A stretch of DNA of 64,000 bases from Phycisphaerae bacterium. Its GTDB lineage: Bacteria > Planctomycetota > Phycisphaerae > FEN-1346 > JAACEH01. How positions within the stretch are numbered: position 1 is the first letter of the stretch; the number at the start of each line of letters is the position of its first letter. Below, one piece after another: positions 8,913-19,600 of the stretch. A model generated the notes under the pieces. That model did not search any database and was not told the origin of the DNA. It worked only from the letters and a program-made list of their open reading frames with translations. A program made the position numbers and the translations under genes. The DNA is taken from contig JAAYDY010000042.1 of assembly GCA_012729015.1 (NCBI GenBank), positions 77,608 through 141,607 on the forward strand, given 5' to 3'.

Positions 8913-9596
8913 GTGACCGACCAGGACCCATGGCGCAGCCGCACCGAGGACTATACCGCCGAGGAACGCGTGCGGCTGGACAAGTGCGCCGACCTGCTGC
9001 GCAAGGTCCAGTCGGGTCGCCCGGGGCCACTGGAGGTTCTGGACATCGGGTGCGGGTGCGGGGCCATGGGCCAGCTTCTCTCGGGCCCGCAATTCAGGCT
9101 CTCGGGCATCGAGCTGGACAGCCGCTCGGCCGACGAGGCCCGCCGGCACTACGCCGAGGTGGCGGTGCAGGATCTGACGGCCCGGTGGCCGTTTGACGAC
9201 CACCGGTTCGACGCCCTGCTGGCCCTGGCGGTTCTGGAGCACGTGGTGGATTACCGGGCCCTGCTCTGCCAGGCCGCCCGCGTGCTGAAGCCCGGCGGCT
9301 GCCTCATCGTCGAGGTGCCCAACCTCGGCTACTGGAAAGAAGTCCGCAAACTCCTGTTCCGCAAGCAGCCGCACTGGCTCAAGCAGTACGACCACGTACG
9401 CGGCTGGACGCTTGGCTATCTCAAGGTCGCGCTGGCTGAGCACGGGTTCGTGGCGGTCCATGCCGAGTGCGACCGGCTGAATCTGCCGCTGGTGCCGGCG
9501 TCGCGATGGATGGAGCGGCACCTGGCCTCCTGGGGACGCGTGCTCATCGTGCAACTGGTCAAGGCCAACGGGACGCCCACGTCATGCCGCGAGTGA
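8913..9596 (+). CDS. Class I SAM-dependent methyltransferase
   Basis: VLDIGCGCG, VLEHV and LKPGGCLIVEVPN motifs. Confidence 0.9.
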   Translation: MTDQDPWRSRTEDYTAEERVRLDKCADLLRKVQSGRPGPLEVLDIGCGCGAMGQLLSGPQFRLSGIELDSRSADEARRHYAEVAVQDLTARWPFDDHRFDALLALAVLEHVVDYRALLCQAARVLKPGGCLIVEVPNLGYWKEVRKLLFRKQPHWLKQYDHVRGWTLGYLKVALAEHGFVAVHAECDRLNLPLVPASRWMERHLASWGRVLIVQLVKANGTPTSCRE

Positions 9597-10453
9597 CCGT
9601 AGCCATCCCCACCTTCAATCGGCGCGAGCTGCTGCGCGAGGCGCTCGACAGCGTGTTCGCGCAGACGTGGACCGATTTCGAGGTGCTGGTGGTCGATGAC
9701 GGCTCGACCGACGGCACCGGGGAGATGGTTGCCGCGTACGGGCGTCCGGTGCGCTACGTGTACCAGGAGAATCGCGGCGACGCGGCGGCCCGCAACCGGT
9801 TGATCGCCGAGGCGCAATCGCCCCTGATCGCGTGGCTCGACAGCGACGACCGCTGGCTCCCCGAGAAGCTCCAGAGGCAGATCGCCAGGCTGCAGGGGGC
9901 CGACGAGCGGACCGTCGTGTACGGTCCCAAGCTCAGCATCGAAACCGACGGGCGGATCGCACAGAGCCGGCGGCCCGCGCCACCGTCGGGCCGGATCACG
10001 GCGGCGCTGTTCGACAACATCTTCATTCCCACGCCGAGCGTCCTGATACCGACGGCGCTGCTGCGCGAGGCCGGCGGATTCGACGAGCAGTACAGGGTGT
10101 GCAGCGACTACCGGATGTGGCTGGTGCTGTCGCTGACATGCACATTTCTGGCGATCCCGGAGCCGCTGGTGGCCTGCCGGCGGCACGTGGCGAGCCTGTC
10201 CAGCGCATCGTCGGCCAGCCAGGGCGCCAAAGCGACGATGCTCGAGGAGTTTTACTTCGAGCTGGGAGGCAAGGACGCGGTGCCGCGGCGTCAGGCGATG
10301 CGACGGTTGGCCGACCAGTGCCGCAAGACGGCCGTTCTGGCCCATCGCGAGGGGCGTCGCGAGGAAGCGTTCGCGTGGTACCGCAGGTCGCTGGGGCACC
10401 GGCTGACGGCCCGGTCGTGCCTCGGCTATGCAGCCCGGAGGCTGGGTCTGTAG
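9584..10453 (+). CDS. Glycosyltransferase family 2
   Basis: MPRVTVAIPTFNR...VVDDGSTD...ARN...WLDSDD. ATG 9584 overlaps the end of the upstream gene. Confidence 0.92.
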   Translation: MPRVTVAIPTFNRRELLREALDSVFAQTWTDFEVLVVDDGSTDGTGEMVAAYGRPVRYVYQENRGDAAARNRLIAEAQSPLIAWLDSDDRWLPEKLQRQIARLQGADERTVVYGPKLSIETDGRIAQSRRPAPPSGRITAALFDNIFIPTPSVLIPTALLREAGGFDEQYRVCSDYRMWLVLSLTCTFLAIPEPLVACRRHVASLSSASSASQGAKATMLEEFYFELGGKDAVPRRQAMRRLADQCRKTAVLAHREGRREEAFAWYRRSLGHRLTARSCLGYAARRLGL

Positions 10454-10481
10454 CGGCTGGACGCAGCGAGGCCGGTGCGTC

Positions 10482-12467
10482 CTACGTTCCCCTGCCCAGC
10501 ACAGCGGCCACCGCCTGCGACAGGCGGGCCAGGTCGTAGGGCTTCTCGACGAAACCCGCCACGCCCTCGTCGAGTATCTTCTGTGCGGCTCCGTTCAATC
10601 CGTAGCCGGTCGAGAGCAACGCCAGGACGTTCGGGTTGATCTGCTGCATGGCCTTGAAACACTCGCGCCCCCCCATGGCGGGCATGATCATGTCGAGCAG
10701 CACCACGTCGATGTCGGACCAGGAGTCGCGGTAGATCTCCAGCGCCTCGACGCCGTCGCCGGCCACGAGCACGTCGTATCCGAGTTCGACGAGCATCCTC
10801 GCGGCCATCTGTCGCACCACGGGTTCGTCGTCGATCAGCAGAACGCGGCCCCGTCCGCGAATCACGCGCGGCGCCAGCGCGTGGGCCTGGTCGGACGAAG
10901 GCCGGGCCGTGACCGGCAGGTAGACGCGGAACGTGCTGCCGTGTCCCAGCTCGCTGTAGACCTGCACCGATCCGCCGTGGTTCTTGACGATGCCATAGAC
11001 CATCGACAGGCCCATGCCCGTCCCCTTGGACGGCTCCTTGGTGGTGAAGAACGGCTCGAAGATTCTCGGCAGGATGTCGCGCGGAATGCCGATGCCCGTG
11101 TCCATGACCGACAGGCACAGGTAGCGGCCGGGCGCCGCCTCGGCATGCACACGGCAATACGCTTCGTCCAGATCGACGCACTCGGTGCGGAACATCAACT
11201 GGCCGCCGTCGGGCATCGCGTCTCGGGCGTTGACCGCCAGGTTGAGCACCATCTGCTGCATCTGGCCCGGATCGCCGATGACGGTGCTCGGCGAAGCCTG
11301 GAGCATCGGCTGGATCTCGATGTTCTTGTCGAGGGTGCGACCAAGCAGATCGACGACCTCGCACACAACGCTGTGCAGGTCCACCGGGACAATCTGGTTC
11401 TTGCCTCTGCGGGCAAACCCCAGCAACTGACTGGTCAGGTGGGCGGCACGCCGGGCGGCCCCCTCGATGGAGTCGGCGATCTCGGCCGTCTCGGGGCACT
11501 TGCAGTCGCCCGTCTTCAGCAGGTTGGCGTATCCGATGATGCCCGTGAGCAGGTTGTTGAAGTCGTGAGCGACGCCGCCTGCAAGCTCGCCGATGGCTTC
11601 AAGCTTCTGCACCTGGAACAACTGCTCTTCCAGCCGATGATACTCCTGCTCGCCGCGGATGCGGTCGGTGACGTCGGCGATGAATCCCTCCAGGATGGCG
11701 GCGCCGTCGGCGGCGTCGCCCACTTTCCTGCCCTGTTCGTAGACCCACTTCTCGTCACCCTGGGCGGTGCGGATGCGGTACGTCAGACGAAACGGCTGTT
11801 CCCTGGAGACCCCCTCCTGAACCTGTCGCCACACGTCTTCCGCGTCCTCCGGGTGAACCAGGGCGGCATACGAGACTTCGCGGTTGTCCTGCAACGCCGC
11901 CTGCTCGTATCCGGTGAGCGCCTGGCACCCTTCACTGACATACTCCATGGTCCATTGCCGGTCGTTGCGGCAACGATAGGCCATGCCGGGCAGGTTGCTC
12001 AGCAGCGTCGAGAGCGTCCTCTCGCTCTCGCGCAGCGCTTTCTCGGACTGGCGGCGAGAGGTGACGTCCTGTCCTGTGGCAACCAGGCAGACAATGCGGC
12101 CGTCGCGATCACACAATGCGTTGGCCGACCAGGCGACCAGGCGGGCAACTCCGCCGGTGCCTGCCATCCGAGTCTCGTGAGGGCCGCTGCTGCCTCGCTG
12201 CACAGCCTCGGCCAGGCATGCACGAATTTGCTCCGACTGTGTCTCATCCTGGCCAAAACGCGAGAAGTCGCTTCCAGCGACTGCCTCCGACGAGAGGCCG
12301 CTCCATGCCTCCGAGGCAAGGTTGAAATCGATGATGCGCCCCTGGGGATCCAGCAGGACCACCATCGCCTCAATGGCGTTCAGGATCGTCTGGATCAGGC
12401 GACCGTCCTGGCCGCACCTGACCCACAGTGATTCCAGTTTCTCGACCTGCGGATCGCGATCTGCCAT
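10482..12467 (-). CDS. PAS-PAS hybrid sensor histidine kinase/receiver
   Basis: [11 protein letters not shown]-box, NARDAM, DTGIGI and GTGMGL ATPase motifs, C-terminal receiver (LLDMIMP). Confidence 0.93.
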   Translation of the reverse strand: MADRDPQVEKLESLWVRCGQDGRLIQTILNAIEAMVVLLDPQGRIIDFNLASEAWSGLSSEAVAGSDFSRFGQDETQSEQIRACLAEAVQRGSSGPHETRMAGTGGVARLVAWSANALCDRDGRIVCLVATGQDVTSRRQSEKALRESERTLSTLLSNLPGMAYRCRNDRQWTMEYVSEGCQALTGYEQAALQDNREVSYAALVHPEDAEDVWRQVQEGVSREQPFRLTYRIRTAQGDEKWVYEQGRKVGDAADGAAILEGFIADVTDRIRGEQEYHRLEEQLFQVQKLEAIGELAGGVAHDFNNLLTGIIGYANLLKTGDCKCPETAEIADSIEGAARRAAHLTSQLLGFARRGKNQIVPVDLHSVVCEVVDLLGRTLDKNIEIQPMLQASPSTVIGDPGQMQQMVLNLAVNARDAMPDGGQLMFRTECVDLDEAYCRVHAEAAPGRYLCLSVMDTGIGIPRDILPRIFEPFFTTKEPSKGTGMGLSMVYGIVKNHGGSVQVYSELGHGSTFRVYLPVTARPSSDQAHALAPRVIRGRGRVLLIDDEPVVRQMAARMLVELGYDVLVAGDGVEALEIYRDSWSDIDVVLLDMIMPAMGGRECFKAMQQINPNVLALLSTGYGLNGAAQKILDEGVAGFVEKPYDLARLSQAVAAVLGRGT

Positions 12468-12675
12468 AGCAACGCCCCCCCGAAGAGTGCGGCATGGACT
12501 ACGCCCGGCAACGGAGCATGACTACAGATGTGCCCAATCCACCCGTATTATTAGCTCGGCATAGGCAATGGGCAAACTTAATCCGGACTTGCGACACCTT
12601 CATACGACGAGGGCGAAACGGGCCACAAGGCCGGTTCCGCCCCCTGTTCGCGCCATGAAGCCCGTCGGTCGCCTG

Positions 12676-15600
12676 TCAGTGCGTCTCGCCGCCGGGCGAA
12701 TCGCCGGACGGCGGCTCGGTCTCGGCCGACGACGAATCGCCAGCCGTCGCCGGCTCGCTGCCGGACGACGCGTCCCCAGCGGTCGCCGGGACCGCCCGGA
12801 GCACCCTGGGCGCGGTCGTGGCCGCGCGGCGCCAGGCCGCAAACCGCGTGCCGAGGTCTCGCAACAGCTGCCAGACGCCCAGGACGACCGCCACCCCCGC
12901 GAGCAGCCAGATCAGATCCGTCAGATAGTCCGCGAAGCTATAGCCCAACAACGTCCGCACGGCCAGCAACAGTGCCGCCAGACAGAGCATTGCGAGGAAC
13001 TTGCCCACGGCTCCGGTCTTGCTCCTGGTCCACCACCACACGGCGGCCGCCAGCACCAGGACCACCGCGAGGCCGCGCGTCACCGAATGGAGGGCCGATG
13101 TCATGCAAAGCACATTGAGTTCCGGCGGCGTGCCCAGAGCCACCAGCGTCTGGAAGCAATAGCGGTTCATGGCGATGCCGGGAGCCGCGGCCCCAGGGTC
13201 GCGCAGGCGACGTTCGCCTGCCACCGCTTCGATCGGTGGCGCCGCGCTGGGCGCTTGCGACTCCCAGGATCCCACGTTGTCGCCGACACGGCGGTTGTGC
13301 TCCACCTGAATGCTCTGCATGTCGGCCATCTCGGCGGCCGAGCTGCTCAGCACCACCGCACGCTGAGGCGGAACAAACGACAGCCGCACCAGCCCATCGT
13401 CCAGCCGATCCACGCGGTTCAGGGTGCCGCCGTTGTAGACGATCACGTAGTCGTCCGGAAGCGAGAGCTCCCACCCGACGCGAAGGCTCGGCACCTCCGT
13501 CTGCGGCACCATCAGCGATAGGTTGCGCACGCTCCCGAGGGCCGACAGGCTGTAGCTGTAGCGGATGCGGACCTGGAATTCCTGCTGGCCGCGCCCGTGC
13601 CCGATGATGGGGATCATGGTGACGGTGCGACCGTCCTTCTGGCTGGTCACTGGGGTCTTCTGCTCGTCGTCCACGAAGGCGTGCCAGATGCGGGAGTCGG
13701 CGGGCAGGTAGAGTTCCAGATACTGCTTACGGAGGTTTCGCATCGAGTAGGCGGCGTCCGTGACGACGTTGCCGTCGTCGGTGATGACGGTGCTGAGGCG
13801 GCAGGTGCTGATGACGGCTACAAGCACCTCGGCCGGGTCGCGACGCACCGTCGTCAGGTGAAGCTCGAACGGCGCCGTCGGGTACCGGAAGCTCAGGGCC
13901 ATGGAACTGGTGATGCCCTGGGTGTAGTCGGACGGAATCTCGCGTTCGTCGATGGGGCGGACGCCCTTGGACTCCTCGGCGGCGCTGACCTCCAGGTCGG
14001 TCCGCGGCGCGACGGCCACGTAGCCGCGCTCGTGCTTGACGTCCAGCGCCCGGACGCCCACGAAGGTCAGCCGGTCGGCCGTCTTGTCGTCGGTCTTGAT
14101 CTGGTAACTGACGTTGACGCGAACCTGTCCCTTCTTCTTCGCCTGGAACGTCAGCGTCCAGACCGACGGCCTGGCGGGATCCTTCTCCTTGCTCTTGAGG
14201 TCGGCCGCGGTGATGTCCACGTTGTCGGCCCCGGCGGGCAACTCGACCCGCACGGTCTGGATGCCGGCGTACTGCACGAAGTACTTCACCGTGGCCCCGG
14301 CCTGGAGGTACGCCTCGCCGAGGGAGATGAAGTTGAAGACCTCGGCCGTGACATACGGCTCCACGCTCTCGACCTGCACGGCCGTCTTCCACGGCTGGAG
14401 GAAGTACTTGTAAGCCAGTGTGACGCCGCTCTGCTGCAACCGCTGCGGCAGTTCCTTCACGTCGATCTCGCGGATGTTCTCGGTGGCGGCCTCGGACGGC
14501 AGAAGCCTCATGCCTTCCTCGGGGCGGACGGCGACGTAGCCCGTCTCGCGACGGACGTCGAGGCAGCGGATGTTGGGCAGCGCGACGGGCTTGCCGGGCG
14601 CGGCCTCGGTGCGCATCTCGCCGACCATTTTCAGGGCATACGCCCCTTCGGTCTTGCTCAGCAGCACCACTTCGACGGTCCCTGCGGCCCGGTCGTGTTT
14701 CCAGTCGTCGATGCCGGCGCCTTCGAGGGTCAGCACCTGGAAGTCCTGCGGCACGTTGAGCCGCAGGGTGAAGACGCCCGCCTTGCGGATGTCGTAGGTC
14801 ACGGCGTAGTCCACCCGTGTGACGGCGGACTCGATGTCAACGAGGGTCTCGGCAGCGGCGACGATCTCGCTCTGGACCGAACTGATGTCCACCTCGAGCT
14901 GATAGGGATGCCGGATGTAGCGATAGGCCAGCGTGGCGGCCTGACGGTCGGGCATGGTCTCGGGCAGGTCGCGGAGGTTGATCTGCGTGATGCCCTCGCC
15001 GAGGGCCGGCTTGACGTTGGCGCCCGAGAGGGCCTCGATGGCGATGTAGCCGCGCTCGCGCTGCACGTCGAGCAGTTCGAGCCGCGGAATCGCCAGCCGC
15101 TCGCCCTGCATGGGCTTCTCGGTGGTCAATTGCAGAGTGTACTGCCGCTCGGCCTTGCTTCGCAGGTCCACGCTCAGCACCTGGTCGGTCAGGCTCCAGT
15201 TGTTGATGTCGGGGCCGTCGAGGTCGGCCAGCCGCACGTCGGGCCCGAGGCGGATACGGAAGCGGAAGACACCGGCGTCCTTGATCTGGTAGTTGACGGT
15301 CGTGACGGCGCGAACCGACTCGGCGGACACCTTGACCACAGAGAGGACTTCACCGGAGACCTTGGCCTCGACGACGCTGAGCCGCACGACAATGTCGATG
15401 GGGCGCTTGACGTACTTGAAGCCCAGGTGCAGTTGCTCGATCTGGACGCCGGCCGCCACGGCCGGCATCTCGCGCACGTCGATCTGCGACACGCCTTCGG
15501 CGCGGCCGGCCTCGGCCTTCAGCCCCTTGTCGGCCGCGATGGCCACCCATCCCGTCTCGCGGCTGACATCCAGGGCCTCGGGCGTCGCGACAGCCACCTC

Positions 15601-16578
15601 CGTGGCGCCGCCGGCCGACGGCTGGTCGATGGCCTGCTCCGTGGCCAGCGACAGGACGTAACGGTCGCTGATCGGGCCGAGCAGTTCGACCTTGAGCACG
15701 CGGTCGGCCCCCTGCCCCTGGATGTCCCAGGAGCGGATGTCCTGCCCGTCCACCTTCAGCAGCGTGGCCCGCTCGGGCAGACGAAGCCGCAGGACGCTGA
15801 CCTTGCCCTGGACGACGGAATACTCCACCTGCGTGTAGAGCCGCATCACGCCCAGGGCGAGTTGGGCCGTGGTCTTCTGCTCGGCGAAGACCTTGGCCTC
15901 CAGCGTGACGTCCGGGGCCTTGGGCGACCACTCGACGGTGAGTTCGCCGGTCCGGCCGCCGAACACCGTCACAGTCGTCTGCCCCGCCTTCTCCTCGGTC
16001 CGGATCGGCAGTTGCGGCGACAAGGCCACCTCCAGCGACGTACCGGGCAGCGTCACGGCCATGGTGGCCACCGTGGCGCCAATCTGCGGCAGACGCAGAC
16101 TCTTCTTCAGGTCTTTGCCGTCTACTCCCGCGGCAAAGCGGATCTCCAGCTCGTGCGATCCCTTGCCGACGCTGAGCAGGTGGTAGCCGTCGGCCTGCCG
16201 CACCAGTTGCACGCCGTCGCGTCCTTTCTTGATGGCCATGTCGGTCACTGCGATGGACGCCGGCAGCACGAGAACCTCGCGCACGTCCGCGATGTCGCTC
16301 TCGACCCAGAGCCGCATGACGCCTTCGGCCACGGTGCCGGCGACGGTCACCTGCACGTCGCTTCGCGTGAGCACGACATCCGTCACAGGCACCGGCACGG
16401 GCGGCTCGACCGGCGGCACGCGCGAGACCGGCGCCGTCGGGGCGACGGCTTCCTCCGCAAGGACGGTCTCCTGCGTCTGCGGCGCAACCGGATCCTCCTG
16501 GGCCAGCCCCAGTCCAGGCAGGACAGCCACCGCCACCATCGCCACCAGCCACATCACGCCGCGTCTGACGCACCTCAT
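12676..16578 (-). CDS. Giant exported/membrane protein with ~170-aa repeats (function unknown)
   Basis: Sec-type signal peptide (…PGLGLA|Q), four internal repeats, three C-terminal hydrophobic helices; GGAGG RBS. Confidence 0.88.
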   Translation of the reverse strand: MRCVRRGVMWLVAMVAVAVLPGLGLAQEDPVAPQTQETVLAEEAVAPTAPVSRVPPVEPPVPVPVTDVVLTRSDVQVTVAGTVAEGVMRLWVESDIADVREVLVLPASIAVTDMAIKKGRDGVQLVRQADGYHLLSVGKGSHELEIRFAAGVDGKDLKKSLRLPQIGATVATMAVTLPGTSLEVALSPQLPIRTEEKAGQTTVTVFGGRTGELTVEWSPKAPDVTLEAKVFAEQKTTAQLALGVMRLYTQVEYSVVQGKVSVLRLRLPERATLLKVDGQDIRSWDIQGQGADRVLKVELLGPISDRYVLSLATEQAIDQPSAGGATEVAVATPEALDVSRETGWVAIAADKGLKAEAGRAEGVSQIDVREMPAVAAGVQIEQLHLGFKYVKRPIDIVVRLSVVEAKVSGEVLSVVKVSAESVRAVTTVNYQIKDAGVFRFRIRLGPDVRLADLDGPDINNWSLTDQVLSVDLRSKAERQYTLQLTTEKPMQGERLAIPRLELLDVQRERGYIAIEALSGANVKPALGEGITQINLRDLPETMPDRQAATLAYRYIRHPYQLEVDISSVQSEIVAAAETLVDIESAVTRVDYAVTYDIRKAGVFTLRLNVPQDFQVLTLEGAGIDDWKHDRAAGTVEVVLLSKTEGAYALKMVGEMRTEAAPGKPVALPNIRCLDVRRETGYVAVRPEEGMRLLPSEAATENIREIDVKELPQRLQQSGVTLAYKYFLQPWKTAVQVESVEPYVTAEVFNFISLGEAYLQAGATVKYFVQYAGIQTVRVELPAGADNVDITAADLKSKEKDPARPSVWTLTFQAKKKGQVRVNVSYQIKTDDKTADRLTFVGVRALDVKHERGYVAVAPRTDLEVSAAEESKGVRPIDEREIPSDYTQGITSSMALSFRYPTAPFELHLTTVRRDPAEVLVAVISTCRLSTVITDDGNVVTDAAYSMRNLRKQYLELYLPADSRIWHAFVDDEQKTPVTSQKDGRTVTMIPIIGHGRGQQEFQVRIRYSYSLSALGSVRNLSLMVPQTEVPSLRVGWELSLPDDYVIVYNGGTLNRVDRLDDGLVRLSFVPPQRAVVLSSSAAEMADMQSIQVEHNRRVGDNVGSWESQAPSAAPPIEAVAGERRLRDPGAAAPGIAMNRYCFQTLVALGTPPELNVLCMTSALHSVTRGLAVVLVLAAAVWWWTRSKTGAVGKFLAMLCLAALLLAVRTLLGYSFADYLTDLIWLLAGVAVVLGVWQLLRDLGTRFAAWRRAATTAPRVLRAVPATAGDASSGSEPATAGDSSSAETEPPSGDSPGGETH

Positions 16579-16626
16579 CGTTCCGTCCTCCCAATCAGCG
16601 TTCCACTGAGACTCGATTCGTATCCT

Positions 16627-19600
16627 CTACCGCGCCGCCGCACGACCACGACGCAACCGCCGGGCCGCGCCGACCGCCGCCGTCCCCACGAGCCCCGCCA
16701 CCGCCACGGCGGCCACGGCGTACACCGCGTAACCGCTGCCGCTGCGAACGGCCTCGATGCGGAAGTGGCCCATATCGCCGCCGCTGAACCCACGGCCGAC
16801 GCGGCTGAACATGTACGGCAGCCGGTCGCCCTGCGGCAATTGCAGCCCGATCGGCAGGCTGCCCCGGGTGCGTCCCTCGCGGACCGGAGACAGCGACACG
16901 GCCTCCACGCCGCCGGCGTCCCACGGACGCCACCCCTCATCGGCGGCAGCCGCCGAGGGCCCGTTGGCCTTGCCATGCGGCACGCCCTCGATCCCGCGAG
17001 CCTCTGACTCCGGCCCGGGCTGATCCGGCTTCGCGGTCGCGACGCCACCCGCCGCGGCAGCCGGCACATCTGTGGCGGCGCCATACCCGACCCCGGACCC
17101 GGTCTTGGTCCCGGCCTCCAGCTTGAAGACGAAACTCGACTGAGGCGTCGTCTGCACTTCCGTCTTCGTGACGCCGGCCGCTTCCTGGGCTTGGCGGAGC
17201 ACGTCGGCCGCCTGCCCCTTGAAGGCCTTGTCCAGATCCTTCTTCTCGTCGGCCCGCGTGATGTCATCCCGCGGCTCCTCCGCCGCGCCTGGCTGGGCCC
17301 CTTCTGGGGCCAGAGGCAGATCCTCGCCGCGCAGGGAGCGGGACGCTCTGCCGGAGTCCCGGTCCGCTTCGTCCCAGCCGTAGAACTTCTCGGCAAGCTT
17401 CATCCGCCGCTGGGCTTCCAGGTTCAGCAGGTTCGAGTCCTGCCGGGCGCGGCTCTTGCCGCCCAGCATCTTTGCCTTCTCGTAGCTCTCGGAGTAGGTT
17501 CTCAGGTCTTCTTCGGTGGGTTTCAGGTCTTCCTCGACGATGGGGTTGTTCACCTCGCCCTGCCGGTAAAGCTCGCGGGCCAGCTGGCGCCGCTGCCCCG
17601 GCTCCACGTGCTGCACCTCGTTTCCCGGTCGCACCACCGTATAGCCGTCAGCGCCCACGTCAGCCAGGAGCACGCCCGTCACGTCCTTCTGCTCCCCGGC
17701 CCTTCCCTGCGGTTGTCGCAGCGCCATGTTGAGGCTCTCGCCGAAGTAGTTGGTGCCCGATTTCTTGAGCCGCTCCACAACGCCCGACTCCACCAGTTTC
17801 TCGCGCTCAAGCTCCGCCAGGTCGGCCGGGTAGACATCAAAGGTGCTTCGGTATGCCTCCAGGGCCGCGCCGACCACCTCCAGGTCGCGTCGCGCCCAGA
17901 CGCCGGTCCAGCCGCCCTCGGCGGCGTCAACCGACACCTCACTGTACTCGACCCGCCCCATCATCGGCGGCGACTTCACCCCCAGCGCCGGCATCAAGAG
18001 CGCCGCGAGAATGAGCATGACCGGAATTGCCGCAAGCATCATGAGGGCTGCCCACCTCAGTCCGGGGCGTTTCCAGACGTAGCGGGCCGCGCGTGCCGGA
18101 GGCGATACCGCGCGGCGCAGCAGCCTGCCGCCGCGACGGACCATCAGCCAGACCGCCGCAGCCGCCACCGCCGTCGCCGCCACGACCGCCAGAACGGTCA
18201 GCACCACGTCCGCCACGGGCTGCACCGACGGCCACACCTGTTCCCATCGCCGGCTGTCGGGGCCGAGCATCTGTCGGCTCACCGGCACGTCGGCATCGGG
18301 CGGGCGGATCACCATCCGCATGTTGCCCTCGTCGCCGACCAGGTCCGGCCGCAGGGCGTACCCCTGCGGCATGAAGACCTCCCATCCCATGCTCCCCGTG
18401 GCGACTTCGACCGGCGGGGTCTGGAAATTCATGTCTACGGCGCGGCCCTCCAGGGGCGGCAGTTGCTCGGCGTAGACCACCGTCAATTCGAACGCCCCGT
18501 CGCGGCGTTCGCGCTGGAGCAGCGGAATCCGGTAGGCCCCGGGGCGGTCGCCTTCGACGGGCTTGACGGGCCGGCCGTCCACATAGGCGGCCCACAGTTG
18601 CCGACGGTCGGGCAACTCGATGGGGGCGAACTGCTGCCGCGTGCTCTGGACCGTCAGCGTCATGAACGTCATGGCGGTGCCGTCGCGGTTGATCATGGTT
18701 TGCAGGAGGCAGTCGCTCGCCTGGAGCTTCAGCACGTCTGCCTCGCCGAGCTGGGCCAACCGCAGCGACAGGCCCCAGTCCTGCGGCGAGAGGCCCGAGT
18801 ACTCGATCGTTCGGACCACCGGAACGTCGGCCGACATGGCCTCGGCCCCGCGTTCCACCGTTCGGGCGTGACCCGACGGCGCGACGGTCACGTCCACCTG
18901 ATCGCTCTGCTTGCCGACGTGGAGGACGCCCTTGTGTCCGGCGGCTTCCAGGACGCGCGGCTCCTCGTGGGTCACGTCCGTGGCCTCGCGGTCCACCAGG
19001 CGGTCGTACGTCACGCGCAGGCGGTACTGGCCCTTGCGGCGCGTCGCCAGCGCGATCGTCCACGTGTTGGAATCGGCGTCCAGGCGGCGGCCGCTGATGT
19101 CCTCGCCCTCGATCCACGAGTTGACGGCCCACGACGGGAGCTTGACGCGCAGGGACGACACCCCGGCTTCCTGAATGGTGCAGATCAGCTGGGTTTCGGC
19201 ACTGATGTCGCCCTGGCCAACCCGGAGCAGCGTCTCGGCCGCAACGGCCACCAGCGGCACGAGGGGTTCCACGTGGAACACTCCGGCCCACGGCTCCGTG
19301 AAATCGTAATGGAGGGCCCGCGACGCCGCGTCGCCGGCGCCTGCGCCGGGCAACGCCGGCGATTGCCGCCGGAATGAGCGGATGGCGGCCTCGGTCGATT
19401 CGCGAAGCGAACGCACTTCGACCACGCTCAGCTTGAGGTCGGACCCGGGCGTCAGCGCCACCTGCCCGCGCGTCCGCAGCGCCACGGGGACGTCAATCGA
19501 CTCGATCCGCAGGGGCCGCGTGTAATCCACCGCCTGGGTGGTCTCGACGATCAGCGAGGTGGTTCCCGTCAGGCCGTCGGTCAGGGTCACCGAAAGGGCG

